Shown one piece after another: positions 9,605 through 21,799 of a stretch of DNA of 64,000 nt. Below the pieces are notes generated by a model. That model worked only from the letters and a program-made list of their open reading frames with translations. It was not told where the DNA came from and did no database searches. Location: NCBI GenBank assembly GCA_000004985.1, contig GG738904.1; one strand, written 5' to 3'. Source of the stretch: Naegleria gruberi. Lineage: Eukaryota. A program made the position numbers and the translations under genes. Numbering within the stretch: the stretch's first letter is position 1; each line of letters opens with the position of its first letter.

Positions 9605-10647
9605 TTTTTTTGTAGTATTTTCTTTTTAACCAACAATATGTGTTTGTTGAAAGGTAAATTTGAAAACGTGATTTGGGTTTACAAAAATTCTAATTAGGTA
9701 ATAGACTTGAAGTCACAAATCAAATCCTCAACGTACTGGGCTCGCAATTAATTTTCCTGCAATAATATTTTCATATAATCCTCATTGATAATTAAACAAC
9801 TCGGTTGAGAATTTTAGGACGTCTCTGATTATTGGCAACTTAAATATTGGCCATAACGAAAGTAGAAACTATAGAAAAATCATGGGATTGGTATTGATTC
9901 AAAACCAATCGGACAATCCTTAACTCTTAAACGTATAAATCTATGATTCAGAAACGAATCTGGTTTTACATATGCCTCAAATTCATAAAAAGTATTGTTG
10001 AAAAATATCTTTCATTTGTAGGAATCTTAATTGCATGATTGCCCACAAATACATCATTGTTGGAAATGAACTGATAGATCTGTAATGGAATATTAGTTGC
10101 CAAGAAATACCCATCATTAGTACGTCATGATTATTATGAATATAATTTTGAAGATAGGCAATAAACATTCCGAGTAGCTAATGTACTGTTTTCCTTTGTA
10201 AAATTTAAATATAAAGATAAATTAATTATTGTTGGTGCAAATTCCAAATCAAAATTCTAATAATATTGATGAATATCTTTGTAATTATTAATATAATTTG
10301 TATTTCTCCTTCTTGCTACTATTATTGCGAATCCAGCAGAGCATTTCACCATCTAGAGAATACCACAACCAACCAAATCAATTAATCCAAAATTTGTTAA
10401 CTTTTTTGCCTTTAAATTCAAACATTTTTTAATCTACAGTTTTCACCACAACCAACAAATTTACCTTTGGTAAGGTTAATAATTATTTAATATTACTATT
10501 CGGAATAGAGTAAAATTCAAAATTGATTAAAAGTATACGGATAACAATCATCAAACAATAATTTTCATTAAATTATTATTATCATTATCATCATCTAATA
10601 AATAACAATAAAAATCAAAGACAATATTGAAGCGATTTTGATAAAAA

Positions 10648-12645
10648 ATGTCTTCTGCAACAACCAGCAAGAAAAAGAAGACCAAACTTTCACTGGAGGA
10701 ATTTTGTAAAATCAATGGAATTGAAACACCTTTAGAACAATCTAAACAACAAGCGGAAGCAGCTGAAGAGGAAGTTGTTTATGTTGTTGATAATTCTTCA
10801 TCATCAAAGAAGAAGAACAAGGCTTTGAAACAAGGCGATAAGAATAGACACACATCGAGGAATACTTCAGTAATTTCATATATTCAAGATGATTTTGAAG
10901 GAGATGTTTTATATGATTATTATGATATCGGAGATGATAGTGATGAAGATGATGACGTTGTTATTGTTCCTTCATCAACCGATTTAGTCCATCGTGATTT
11001 ATTAACTGAAAATCAAAACCTCATAATGTCTTCAGGAAATAGTACTGCTTTGGAGAATGCAGGTTTTTCAAGAGATAATGTTGCTGGATCATCAGCCTCT
11101 TCATCTTCTTTAACTAGTAATAATGTCAATTCTAAACATTCAGGAAGAATTAACCTTTCAACATCCATAAGAACAGATATTTCCAAGGTTGAAAAGAAGG
11201 AACTCAACTCTAGAATTAAATTAGCTGATAAATTGGAAGCAAGAGCAACAGTTGAACAAGTTATTGATACTAGAACAAGAATGATTCTTTTCAAATTGAT
11301 GAATAATGGTTTCTTCTACTCTGTCAATGGTTGTGTTTCAACAGGTAAAGAAGCTAACGTTTATATTGCTTATGGTGACAAGGAGGAAGAAAATTCCGAA
11401 AAGCAATATGCTGTGAAAATTTACAAAACTTCAATTTTGGTTTTTAAGGACAGAGATCGTTATGTTACTGGTGAATATAGATTTAAATCTGGTTATTCTA
11501 AACACAATCCAAGAAAAATGGTTAGAGTTTGGGCTGAAAAGGAAATGAGAAATTTGAGAAGATTAGAAAATGTTGGTATTCCATGTCCATCAGTTCATGT
11601 TCTCAAACAACACGTTCTTGTCATGTCATTTATTGGTAAGAATGGTTGGCCAGCTCCTAGACTGAAAGATGCCAAGTTGACTGAAAGCAAATATAGAGAA
11701 ATTTATTTGGACATTATCAAATCTATGCGTACAATGTATCAAAAGGCCAAACTTGTACACGGTGACTTGAGCGAATATAACATGTTATACTTTAAGGGAA
11801 GAGTTTATATTATTGATGTTTCTCAGAGTGTTGAAAATGACCATCCAAATGCTCTCGAGTTTTTAAGAAAGGATTGTGAAAATATCAAGAACTTTTTCTA
11901 CAAGAATGGTTTGACAAATATTATGACCACTAGAGAATTGTTCGATTTTGTTACTGATATTACCTTGAGAGATGAACAAATTGATTCATACTTGGAAACC
12001 ATGATGGAAAAGATTCAAGACAGAGCTCCAATTACAGCTAAGGAAGAAGTCGATGCTGAAGTTTTCAAACAAGTATATATTCCACGTACATTGGGTGAAA
12101 TTATGGACTATGAGGCCCATCGTGATAAGGTAGAAATGCAGGAAAACACTGACGATATTTTCTACAGAAGTGTTACAGGTATCAATATGAACCTAGATGG
12201 TGCTGCCACTACACCATACGGTCTTACGGAACAAGAAGCTCAACAACTTGAGGGTCAAGAAGAGGCCAATACCTCAACACCATCACAGACAGAAGCCAGC
12301 AGTGCTACTACTGTGGAACCTCCTGTTATTGTTGCATCATCTGAGGAAACACCTCAACCAGAAGAGCAACAAACAACAAGCAGTAGCATTCCAGAGCAAC
12401 CAACAAATGAAACAGCACCTGGTGGTGAAGACAATGATGAAGAAGAATTAATCATTGACGATTCTAGCTCAGAAGAGGAAGATGGAAAGAAAGGTAAAAA
12501 GAAGAAGCCACCTCTTCCAGATCTTTCTGCCATGACTAAGGAAGAACGTAAGAAATGGGTAAAGGAGTACAACAGAGAAAGAAGAAAGACTAAGATTCCA
12601 AAGAAGGTCAAAAAGAAGCTGGAAAAGAAACATAAGAGTAAATAA
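10648..12645 (+). CDS. RIO1: RIO1-family atypical serine kinase (665 aa) with acidic/basic C-terminal extension
   Basis: RIO domain signatures: VSTGKEANVY (nucleotide-binding loop), LVHGDLSEYNML (catalytic loop), YIIDVSQSVE (metal-binding DFG equivalent). The C-terminal tail is lysine-rich. Confidence 0.85.
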   Translation: MSSATTSKKKKTKLSLEEFCKINGIETPLEQSKQQAEAAEEEVVYVVDNSSSSKKKNKALKQGDKNRHTSRNTSVISYIQDDFEGDVLYDYYDIGDDSDEDDDVVIVPSSTDLVHRDLLTENQNLIMSSGNSTALENAGFSRDNVAGSSASSSSLTSNNVNSKHSGRINLSTSIRTDISKVEKKELNSRIKLADKLEARATVEQVIDTRTRMILFKLMNNGFFYSVNGCVSTGKEANVYIAYGDKEEENSEKQYAVKIYKTSILVFKDRDRYVTGEYRFKSGYSKHNPRKMVRVWAEKEMRNLRRLENVGIPCPSVHVLKQHVLVMSFIGKNGWPAPRLKDAKLTESKYREIYLDIIKSMRTMYQKAKLVHGDLSEYNMLYFKGRVYIIDVSQSVENDHPNALEFLRKDCENIKNFFYKNGLTNIMTTRELFDFVTDITLRDEQIDSYLETMMEKIQDRAPITAKEEVDAEVFKQVYIPRTLGEIMDYEAHRDKVEMQENTDDIFYRSVTGINMNLDGAATTPYGLTEQEAQQLEGQEEANTSTPSQTEASSATTVEPPVIVASSEETPQPEEQQTTSSSIPEQPTNETAPGGEDNDEEELIIDDSSSEEEDGKKGKKKKPPLPDLSAMTKEERKKWVKEYNRERRKTKIPKKVKKKLEKKHKSK

Positions 12646-12962
12646 ATTTACCTTGTCCATATTAATGCTGGTCAACATTTAAAGATCTGTGACCTATTTT
12701 GTTCTGTGCTACTGAGCGATTCTCTCAATATCGGAGTTCAAAACTTTTTCACACAATAATCAAAGTGCTACCACAACGACAACAAACAATGCCATCATAT
12801 TTTGCTGAACAACCATCCATACCAATATCAATCTATGGTTTCGCTAATTTAGAGAGTTATCCCACCTCACAAACAGCATTTCAAAAAAAACCTTCACTCA
12901 CACTTATCTTCATCTCTTCACTTATCTTACGAAATTAATTTTCAAAACTCCTTGAAAAAAAA

Positions 12963-14845
12963 ATGATCGGCAACTCCTTCGTAGCGACGACGCAATCAGC
13001 AGGATATTCCACGGTGATGATGAGGACGAATAAAAATCATAAAAGTGGTGGTGGTGATGGTGGTCATCTTCGTCTTTTTGATGGTCCTGTAGGCTATTTA
13101 ATGATGATTGCTGTTGTGATCGTGTTATTGTCAATGATGGTCTCATCTACGGAGGCTTTTAATATTGGAGCAAAGCCTACAGTATTAAATCCCAAGTTGG
13201 TGAAAATTTTGGGTAATAATTGTACAGCAGAGTCTGTGGAAAGAGACTGTGGAGGAATGATGACTTTGGTCTGTATTGAAGGAAGGTGTTCATTGTGTAA
13301 TGAATCAGTTCAATGCAGCTCACAGATTGATTCCGTATACAGTTGTAAATTTATGGGTAATTATGCTAATATGACAAACTATACTTCATCAGGAGGTGTT
13401 TGTGCACACAAGGATTTGGGTGATTTCTTTAGTTTGTTTGATTTATTTTCAGTTTTGACCAATTTCATTGGTTCTGTTTTGAGTAGTGCTGGTGGTACAG
13501 GAGGTGGTGGTGTTTTCGTTCCTCTCTTGCACGTTCTTGGTCGTTTCAATGCTCAGGAAGCTGTTCCATTGTCAAAAGTCATGATTTTCGGTGCTGCTGT
13601 CACTAATGTTTTCACATTATTCTTTAGATCTCACCCAGTAAGTGTTTTTTTTGAAATGTGTGAAAATTAATTTCTGATAATTTTATAGTATGCCGACAGA
13701 CCATTGATTGATTATGATATTGCTTTAATGATGGAACCTGCAACCTTATTGGGTACAATTATTGGCGTATTTTTGAATATCATTTGTCCAGAATGGGTTA
13801 TTGTCCTTTCTGTTATTATTGTCTTGACAATTACAACAATCTTGACATTTAGAAAGTTTTTCCAAAGAGCTAGAGTTGAATTTGCATTTTTATGGAAGAA
13901 AAAGAAAAAGGATGAAGAAACTGAACCATTGAATAAGGAACAAGAACCTATTGTTTCCGAAAATAAGGAAGAGGAACAAGCTCAAGGTTACGGATCTGTT
14001 AATAAGGAAGAAGAATCGCTTGTTAATACTCAACCAATTTTCGTTTCTCAACAAGTAGCTGAAAAGGACTTTGTCAAGCCATCAGCATGGACAATTGTTA
14101 AGAAAACTCCATATTGGAAGATTTTTGTTTTGATTGTTTGTTGGATTATTATTTTCACTTTGAGTTTATTGAGAGGTGGTGAAGGTGCTCCTTCCGTTAT
14201 TCCTGGTTTGGAAATGTGTAGTCCAGTTTATTGGACTTTGGTCGGATTGAGTTTCCCAATTATTGGTGCAATCATGATAATTGTTGCCGCCTACTTGCTT
14301 ATTGATTACAGAAGAAAGGTCAAGAGAGGTCACGTATTTGTTCAAGGAGATGTTAAATGGAATTGGATTAACGTTACTTTCTATCCTGGTGCTTGTTTGA
14401 TTGCTGGTATTTTAGCTGCCATGTTGGGTATTGGAGGTGGTATGATCAAGTCTCCACTCTTGCTCTTGTTGGGATCTGACCCTGCTGTCGGTGCTGCCAC
14501 TGCTGCTTTCAGTAAGTTTTATAATTTCAAATGATGAAGATAACAATTATTTTAGTGATCTTCTTTACTTCTTCAATTTCCTCTGCTCAATTTGCTATTG
14601 TTGGTAGAATTCCATTCGATTACGGAATGCTGTATGGTCTTACTGGATTTGTCAGTGGTTTTGTTGGTTATTTCTTTGTCACTTTTGGTGTTGAAAGATG
14701 GGGTAAGAGATCACTTATCATTTTGTGTGTTGGTCTCGTTTTGCTCTTTGCCACAATGCTTATGGGTGGTGTTGGTATTTATGATGTTGTTATTGATCTC
14801 CAACAAGGTGTATACATGGGCTTCCATGATCCATGCAGAGCTTAA
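12963..14845 (+). CDS. TauE/SafE-family (sulfite-exporter-like) anion permease, 3 exons: 12963..13637, 13689..14511, 14556..14845
   Basis: Two copies of the TauE motif (SSAGGTGGGGVFVPLL and MLGIGGGMIKSPLLLLLG) and multiple TM helices. Introns GTAAGT...TATAG (13638-13688) and GTAAGT...TTTAG (14512-14555) keep the frame and join three track ORFs. Total 1788 nt = 596 codons. Confidence 0.7.
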
Positions 14846-14935
14846 TCAGTTTAATTTATTTTATGTAATCTATTACCATTTTTGAAATTGTAACTAAAAA
14901 ATTCATAATTTTTCTTTATATTTTACTCTAGTTTA

Positions 14936-16084
14936 TTAAGCATTCTCGATTTTGCAAATTTTGTGAATCTTGTTGATTGAGTCAATTGTAAATGTTACTT
15001 TGACCCTATCCACAAGCAGCTCGTGCTCATCCTCAATCTCATTATTCTTTGTCTTTTTGTAATTACTTCTAATGTCTTGGGATAATACTTGAGTTAAAAA
15101 TTCAATAAATTCGTCCAATTCTTTCTTCTTATCAAAGAATTCCAAAGTATGAATACGTTCTTTGAGCTGTGTTGTGGCCAGCTCTGAAAATTCCACTTTA
15201 AATTTCTCAACATTTTCAACTGGATCTTTGATCCATTCAGGAACTTTAACATTTGCAAAGTTATCGTATCCATCAATGTATGGTTTGATATCAAGAACAG
15301 CTGTACCATCTACGAGATCAGTTCCCTTCAAATGAAGTGTTCCATCACTATCAATACGATCAATTTCCACGATACTCAATCCAATAGCATTATATCTATG
15401 AGGAGTTCCTGAATATTGTTAGTTCCATAATTCTAAATTGAAAAACCTACTTGAAGCATAAATACCAATCTTCTTATTTCCCAATCTTGGTGGTCTAATC
15501 TTGGCTTTAATTGCATTTTGGCTATCTGTTTCAGCTCCTTTTGTTAAATTTGTATTCAAGTTGAATTGGAAAATAATATAACAATGAGAGTATTCACCCA
15601 AACCATCCATAGATGAAGAAGGATTACAATGAGGTAAAAGTTTCAAAATTGCTCTTCCCTTATTTACATAATAAGGTTGTCTAGGACATCCATTTCTAGT
15701 CTTGTACACTGATCTCAAATATCCAATAGGTTTAATAGGTAAAAATGGAAATGGTTCAGAACTTGATGATTTTTCAACTTCAGTTGTTACTACTTCTGAA
15801 GAAGGTGTCGAGTTGATTAACAATTTTTGTTCAATTTCTCTGATTTTTTGTTCAGCTCGCACTCTTCCAGTTCTTTCCATTTGTCTATTTGTTGTTTCCT
15901 TCTCCAATTGAATTTTAATTTTCATATATTCTCTATAAATATAAATTATCACTGAAAGTAATATTACAATGACTGATGTGACAATATAAATTAAATGTTC
16001 ATTTAAAAATCCTTCTCCGAATAAATTATTTGATGACAAAATTGTTCCTTCTTCTTGTTGCGACATTTTTTTTTTAAATTTCAC
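14936..16084 (-). CDS. TRMO: TrmO/YaeB-family tRNA (adenine37-N6)-methyltransferase homologue with N-terminal TM/coiled-coil extension, 2 exons: 15451..16084 and 14936..15408
   Basis: Family motifs PIGYLRSVYKTRNGCPRQP, ASRTPHRYNAIGLS (created only after removing the 42-nt GTAGGT...CAG intron at 15409-15450) and GTAVLDIKPY. The N-terminal ~100 aa carry a TM helix. Confidence 0.65.
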
Positions 16085-16120
16085 AATTCAATTAATTGTG
16101 AAACTATTGAATCAAATAAA

Positions 16121-16759
16121 TTAATTTTTATTCCAAAACCTTGAGAGTGGAGAGCTCTTTTCATTATTGTTGTTACTATCAGGGGATTCTTCCTTATCAT
16201 TTTCATCTCGTGACTCTTTTTTAAATCTATCAAAAAAGCTAGTTTCATCATCATCCGATTTGTCCGATTTGTTATTGTTGGTGGTGGATGGTATTTCAGC
16301 AGCTCCAGCCATAACAGAACCTGTTTCCAATGCTGATGATGTCACTCCAGGTGTCACTATTGAAGATAATGTTGTTGTTTGTTGATTTGGGGATGTGAGT
16401 GACACAAATCGTTTGATAGCCGAACGACGTCCATGAAACCGTCCTATTGAGTATCCCAATAATGCAGAACTAGCCATAAACAAGGCAATCATTGACACAT
16501 CCGAGGTCTTTTTCCCAAAATTTGAAATATCAGCATGTAATTGTTGTTCCTGAGAAATTGTCTGATTCAACTCTCGTAATTGTTCCTCCAATTTCTGTTG
16601 ATGTCTCATTCTCTGTACATAACCCAAGTAGGCTGCCATACATGATAAAGCAGTAGCAGTAAACGAGAGAAGATTCTTGTGATTCTCGAAAACTGTCCTA
16701 TACCTCTCATAGGCTGTTTTAACTTTGCTCATTTTCCAATTATTCCGATCCAAAATCAA
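16121..16759 (-). CDS. Hypothetical membrane protein (212 aa)
   Basis: ATG ORF with two hydrophobic segments and a C-terminal acidic/S-rich tail. No family recognised. Confidence 0.4.
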   Translation of the reverse strand: MILDRNNWKMSKVKTAYERYRTVFENHKNLLSFTATALSCMAAYLGYVQRMRHQQKLEEQLRELNQTISQEQQLHADISNFGKKTSDVSMIALFMASSALLGYSIGRFHGRRSAIKRFVSLTSPNQQTTTLSSIVTPGVTSSALETGSVMAGAAEIPSTTNNNKSDKSDDDETSFFDRFKKESRDENDKEESPDSNNNNEKSSPLSRFWNKN

Positions 16760-17117
16760 TTAATTGATTTAATATTTAAATATTCCTTTTTGTTTGTTAA
16801 ATCTTGATGATAAAAACAAAGATGATAAGAAAATTTCAAAGCCTTCTTGGTGGCGCCTTTTTTTTTTTTAAAATTTCTAAAAAAAAAATTAATTTTGATT
16901 GAAACCTTTTCGCCTTTTTGGAATCGCTTTTTTGCCAAGAAGAAATTTTAGCCTTTGAAATTTTAACATCATTAGCCTCCTTCTAATAATATTGAATATT
17001 GATTGTAGATATAAATTTGAAAAGAGAGGTTTCGAGGCCATTTAAAAACGGTTTGATTTGGACAAGGCTTTAATTTATTTGTAGAATAATAATTATTGAG
17101 GAAAAAAGTTTTTCGGA

Positions 17118-18343
17118 ATGATTGATGGTGGTGATTTAGGGTCTAGTAGTAGTGGTGGTGGTAGTTGGAATAATATTATGAATGGAATAATTGTGGATTT
17201 GATGATGATGGAAAAACAACAGGTGTTTAATTTTGTAGATGATAATAATAATACACATGATACTCCACCACCTGTTTGTTTGAGTGATGAAACTTGTAAT
17301 TTAGGAACACGTAAGTGTTTGATTGTATTGGAAATTAATTGAGATTTTTCGGAATTGTAGAAGTTCCAGTTTATGTTTTTCTAGGATTAATGATTGCTGC
17401 ATTTAGTGTGGCTGCATTATTTAATTTTGCACTAACTATTCGAGAAATAATTCACAAATCGATATTCAAATCGAGGCTGATTTTCTATATATTAACTTTA
17501 ATTTATTTAATTGCTAAACTGGTATTCTTTCTAACTCATCTGGGAGCAAAAATTGGAGGATTGTCTCCTAAACAAGTGGATGGAAATAATGATTTCAATC
17601 CTCATATCTACCTTTCTACTCATATCATATGGTTTTGGAGTGGAACATTATTCTCGAGTGCATTCCTGTGTTTGTGTATTAATTATACGGAAATTTATCT
17701 CTATTCACAGGGGATTTCAATAGAGTTTGCAAAGGAACAGACAAAAAAGCTGAAAATGGGTGTTATTTCAGTAATTACCATGATTCACATTGTAGATCTC
17801 ATTCTCTTTGTTTCTATGATTGTTTTCTTCCATTTAGGAGACCCATATATGGTGAAAGCAGTCCTAGTATTTCAATTACTGTTCAATATAGCACTGAGCA
17901 TTCTAGTTGTTAGCTTTTTCATTTTGTGGATTTATGTGAGCAGGAAATTTTTAGAGTGGAAAGGGATGCACTCTCACGAAAGATATATTATTCTGACAAA
18001 GAAACTATTTTTTGTGGCATGCTTTTTTGTCTGCCTTATTATCCTTAAAGCTCTTGCAAATATTTTCCTCACAACCTATGTTTCTCTGTGTGGACCTATT
18101 TGTGTGAATGTGCAGATTATATTGAATAGTTGTACGTGCTCTGTTGGAGATTTGATTCCACTCCTCTCCCTGTATTATACATTCTGGTTCTTTGATAAAC
18201 CAAAAAAGAAAGAAGGAGAAAATAACAACTTGCTTATTCCAGTACCTAAGAACAACACTGAAACTGCTTTGAGAACACTTCATAACACCTCACTGTCTTC
18301 CCTTCCAGTAGATGTTCAATTAATAGACGACTATGAGGAATAA
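17118..18343 (+). CDS. Hypothetical multi-pass (about 7 TM) membrane protein, 2 exons: 17118..17310, 17361..18343
   Basis: The first exon is G/S-rich. Intron GTAAGT...TGTAG (17311-17360) joins in frame to a long ORF with seven hydrophobic helices. Confidence 0.45.
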
Positions 18344-18400
18344 GTTAAATAATTTAATGGGTATGTGTTAATTAAAAATTGAAATATATCTACATGTTGC

Positions 18401-19909
18401 CTAGAGCTTGAGTTTTTTCATGGAAATTCCATTCACAGAAACCTTATCAGTTTCAGTAGGTTGTTGAGTTGTGGCCTTACTCATTGATAAGGTTGGAATG
18501 AATGGTTTTGTACTTGGTTGAGGTTTAGCACCTGCAAGATTAAGAGATAGAGCTGGAATAACTGGTTTTGTGGAAGGTTTAACTTCTTTTGGTGGTTCGT
18601 CTTCAATGTCATCTTCACTTGAATAGTCGCTATCATCTGATGCTGGGTCATCCTTTTCACTGAGATCTTCTTCTGAAAACTGTTTTTCTTCTAATTTCTC
18701 CAAGTTGTTTTGGTCTTGAAGGAGAAATGCTGAAGCAGTAGGTGATAGAGAATATCCACTTCCACTATGTACAATTGAGTCAACCTTGCTTCCAGGAATA
18801 CTCATTTTTGGAACTGCAAGATTATTGGTTGGTAAATTGGTGGTATTTGTAGTATTTGAGGAATTTGTATCTTTGGTAGGAATATTCAATTTAAAGGAAG
18901 GTGGAACAGTTGCATTGTTCGTATTAAGTTTGAGAGAAGGTATTCCAAGTTTTGTTGGTTCTGGTTTTTGTGCTTCTCCTCCATCACTTTCATCACTTGA
19001 ATACTCATCAGAGTCTTCTGTTGGTGAAGTGACAGCTGTTGTGGTAATAGGTGTTGTGATTGGTTTTGGTTGAGTATTTGCAGATCCTATACCTGAAAGT
19101 TTAGGTATTGGGAATGACATAGGTACTGGTTTTACATTATCTTGTTGTGTATTGGTTACTTCATTTGTTGAACTATTTGGTTGATTTGTATTTTCTGGAG
19201 TTCCAACACTATGTAAATTATCCACATTTAAAGCAACAGAAGTTGTCAAATACTTTTGAGGAGAGAATCCCAATGAGCTCATCATGTTTAAAAAACCTGT
19301 TATGAATGCAACAGCAAAATCATGAATAACTTCAGTTGGAACTACTTCATCCAAATCCTCTTCATCACGAGGCATCAATCCTTTTTCTTCTCCGACAGCT
19401 TGCATTAAATCAATAAATTGTTGAGTTGAAATACCATATAATTCCTTGATTGACAATAATTCATAAATTACACTCGCAGTATCAATGCTCACCCAATGAG
19501 TTTTTGGATGTTTTGGTAGTTTTATAATATGTCCAACAGAAAACACACGAACAAACCAATCTCCAAAAACCTTTTTTCCATTTCTTGCTGTATTAATTTG
19601 TTTCCACATATGAAGAGTACATTGGGCTTGTAATTCACTTTTAAAACCATGTTGATCGGTTTTTAAATGCTCCGTCACTGATCCACACCAATCAGTAAAT
19701 TTCATTAAATCATCAAGACTAAATTTTCCATTCTTATCAAAATCTAACATGAACAAAACTGCGAGTTTTTTAAAATCAATAGGATATTCATCGAGTGATT
19801 GTAATTTTTTAGCTTCCTCTATTGTCAAGTATTCCCTCTCCGGTTTTTTCTTTACGAGTTGATATTGTTTTTGTACGTGGGAACGAATTGTTGTATTGAT
19901 TTGTCCCAT
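18401..19909 (-). CDS. Hypothetical N-myristoylation-motif protein with EF-hand-like segment and long S/T/P-rich C-terminal region
   Basis: Starts MGQINTT (MGxxxS/T). DFDKNGKFSLDDL resembles an EF-hand loop. The C-terminal 250 aa are low complexity. Confidence 0.45.
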   Translation of the reverse strand: MGQINTTIRSHVQKQYQLVKKKPEREYLTIEEAKKLQSLDEYPIDFKKLAVLFMLDFDKNGKFSLDDLMKFTDWCGSVTEHLKTDQHGFKSELQAQCTLHMWKQINTARNGKKVFGDWFVRVFSVGHIIKLPKHPKTHWVSIDTASVIYELLSIKELYGISTQQFIDLMQAVGEEKGLMPRDEEDLDEVVPTEVIHDFAVAFITGFLNMMSSLGFSPQKYLTTSVALNVDNLHSVGTPENTNQPNSSTNEVTNTQQDNVKPVPMSFPIPKLSGIGSANTQPKPITTPITTTAVTSPTEDSDEYSSDESDGGEAQKPEPTKLGIPSLKLNTNNATVPPSFKLNIPTKDTNSSNTTNTTNLPTNNLAVPKMSIPGSKVDSIVHSGSGYSLSPTASAFLLQDQNNLEKLEEKQFSEEDLSEKDDPASDDSDYSSEDDIEDEPPKEVKPSTKPVIPALSLNLAGAKPQPSTKPFIPTLSMSKATTQQPTETDKVSVNGISMKKLKL

Positions 19910-20191
19910 TTTTTTTAATTGGTTATATTTGAATTTATCAAGTTGATGCCATCAGAGAGGATGATGAAGTGATGATTACCGAATCCACACATCACAATGA
20001 TGAATTTAATTTATTCGAACGTTGGACAATTTGGATAATGACTCGATGAAAATTAATGTTTTTTGAGAGGTGATGATGGTATCATACCTGGGTGGTTTCA
20101 TGTTGTTTTAGCATTGTTATTCGAAAGCAATAAATAGGAGAGGTTTATTTTACATTAAAAATCGATATTAATTCAAAATTGTGTTAATAAG

Positions 20192-21799
20192 TTATGGTCG
20201 TTTAAATCTGACAACAATGGCACTAATATTGTCGTTACTTCCCTTCTTATTGAAAGCATAATCTCTAAGTTTAGTACTGGCTGTAATTGGATTAGTTTCG
20301 TCTCTAATTTCTCTTACAGCTTCTTCCTCGGAAACAAAATCAAAAACACCATCACAAGCAATAATCATAAATTCATCCTTTTCACACAATCTTATGGCTT
20401 GTGTATGAGGATCAGAAATTACACCTGGATGGAAAGTTTTATCACCAATAGACCTAGAAACAGCAAGGCAAGCACTGATACGATTATTAATTATTGATTT
20501 ACCAGCATCCCTTACACGTCTTCTTTCATCACTATCTGAAGGTCTGTGGTCAACTGTAAGAGTAATTGGTTTACCATCTCGACATAGTACAACTCTGGAA
20601 TCTCCTACATTTCCCACAAAGAGGAATTTAGAATCACGGGTTGGCATGTACACTAAAGTTGCTGTTGAACCATCTACACTATTTTGCTCACAAACAAGTT
20701 CGTCAGCCTCAAGGAATGATTCCCTAATGATTATTTGAATAGCATCAACTGATGACATTCTCAAAATATCAAACTGTTCCACAGCTCTTTCTTCAGAAAG
20801 TTTTTGTTCGGCTTCTTTTTCCATAAAATGTTTCCTCAATAACTTGGTTAATGATTTTGCTTCCTCTCTAATTAAAGCTCTAGAATTATAATCTTCAAAA
20901 TATCTTGTTAATAAATTTTCATATTTTGTCAACTTGTCAAGGAAGACAGAATGTAAAATTTCTGATGCTTGCTTTGAGGCTTTTGAACCACCATGACCAT
21001 CAAATAAACCAATACAAGTTTCGTTTAAAACACCCATGTCACTTGTAAATGATCTAAATGACATGTTACAGTATAAAGCATCTTCCATTGATGGACGAGT
21101 GCCTTGAAATTCACAATAACCAGCTGTCAACCAGTCATTCTCTTCAATTTTACTTGCTTGAGAATCGTGCTGTTTAATGGTTGATTGAATTAAAATTCAA
21201 TAAATACTTACTCTTTGAGCAGTTCTTGGATTTCCTCTCTTTCTATTTCTATTTCTTTCTTGTGCTAATTTAAATAATGCTTCATCATCATTAATAACAT
21301 CAAGAATAGTTGCTGCAGGTTTCGATTCATCACCACTATTTGTTGGATTAGTTTGAACATTATCGACTGATGTTACAATTGTTTCAGCACTGGTAGAAGT
21401 AGAAATAGGTTGTTCTGTAGCAGAGGAGGAGGTTGTTGATGGTTGTTCAATAGTTGTTGATGGAGATGTGTTGGAATTTTCTAAAGTAGTGGTGGTTGAT
21501 AAGAAAGGGGCTGTTCCTCTCAAGATCGTTCCACTTCTACCTCCCCTTCCTCTCGAAGGAGGAGGTCCCTGAGTTGCCGCAGAAGAAGAAGAATTGATCT
21601 TATTCTCACTGTTCATTGTTGAAGTTTGTTCAGCTGTACTCGTTGTTGAAGAGGAGGATGAAGAATTTTCGTTATTATTATTCTCTGATGAAAGTAAAGA
21701 TTCGTTCCTCTGTTGATGTTGTTGTTGTTGATGGAAAGACGTCTCGGCTATTTCTCCCTTGGAGCTTTCCGAGTCAATGTTCGTAATGACTTGACTCAT
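20192..21799 (-). CDS. Protein phosphatase 2C (PPM family), probably 2 exons: 21212..21799 and 20192..21169
   Basis: The PP2C domain (20192-21169) has RPSMEDA, GLFDGHGG, DGSTA, GNVGDSR and ACDGVFD motifs. The upstream S/T-rich ORF is in the same frame, separated only by a 42-nt GTAAGT...AACAG segment that contains the TGA. Fusion model confidence 0.45, PP2C domain 0.8. Confidence 0.7.

Noticed and set aside
9605-10647. 1-kb AT-rich intergenic region between divergent genes, inspected for ncRNA or repeat content
   Set aside because: Only homopolymer and AT-rich low-complexity sequence. No tRNA-like, snRNA-like or repeated structure that I could recognise. Most simply a bidirectional promoter region.
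12197-12678. Overlapping small ORFs on both strands at the 3' end of RIO1
   Set aside because: Alternative frames of the lysine/glutamate-rich, codon-repetitive RIO1 tail. Not independent genes.
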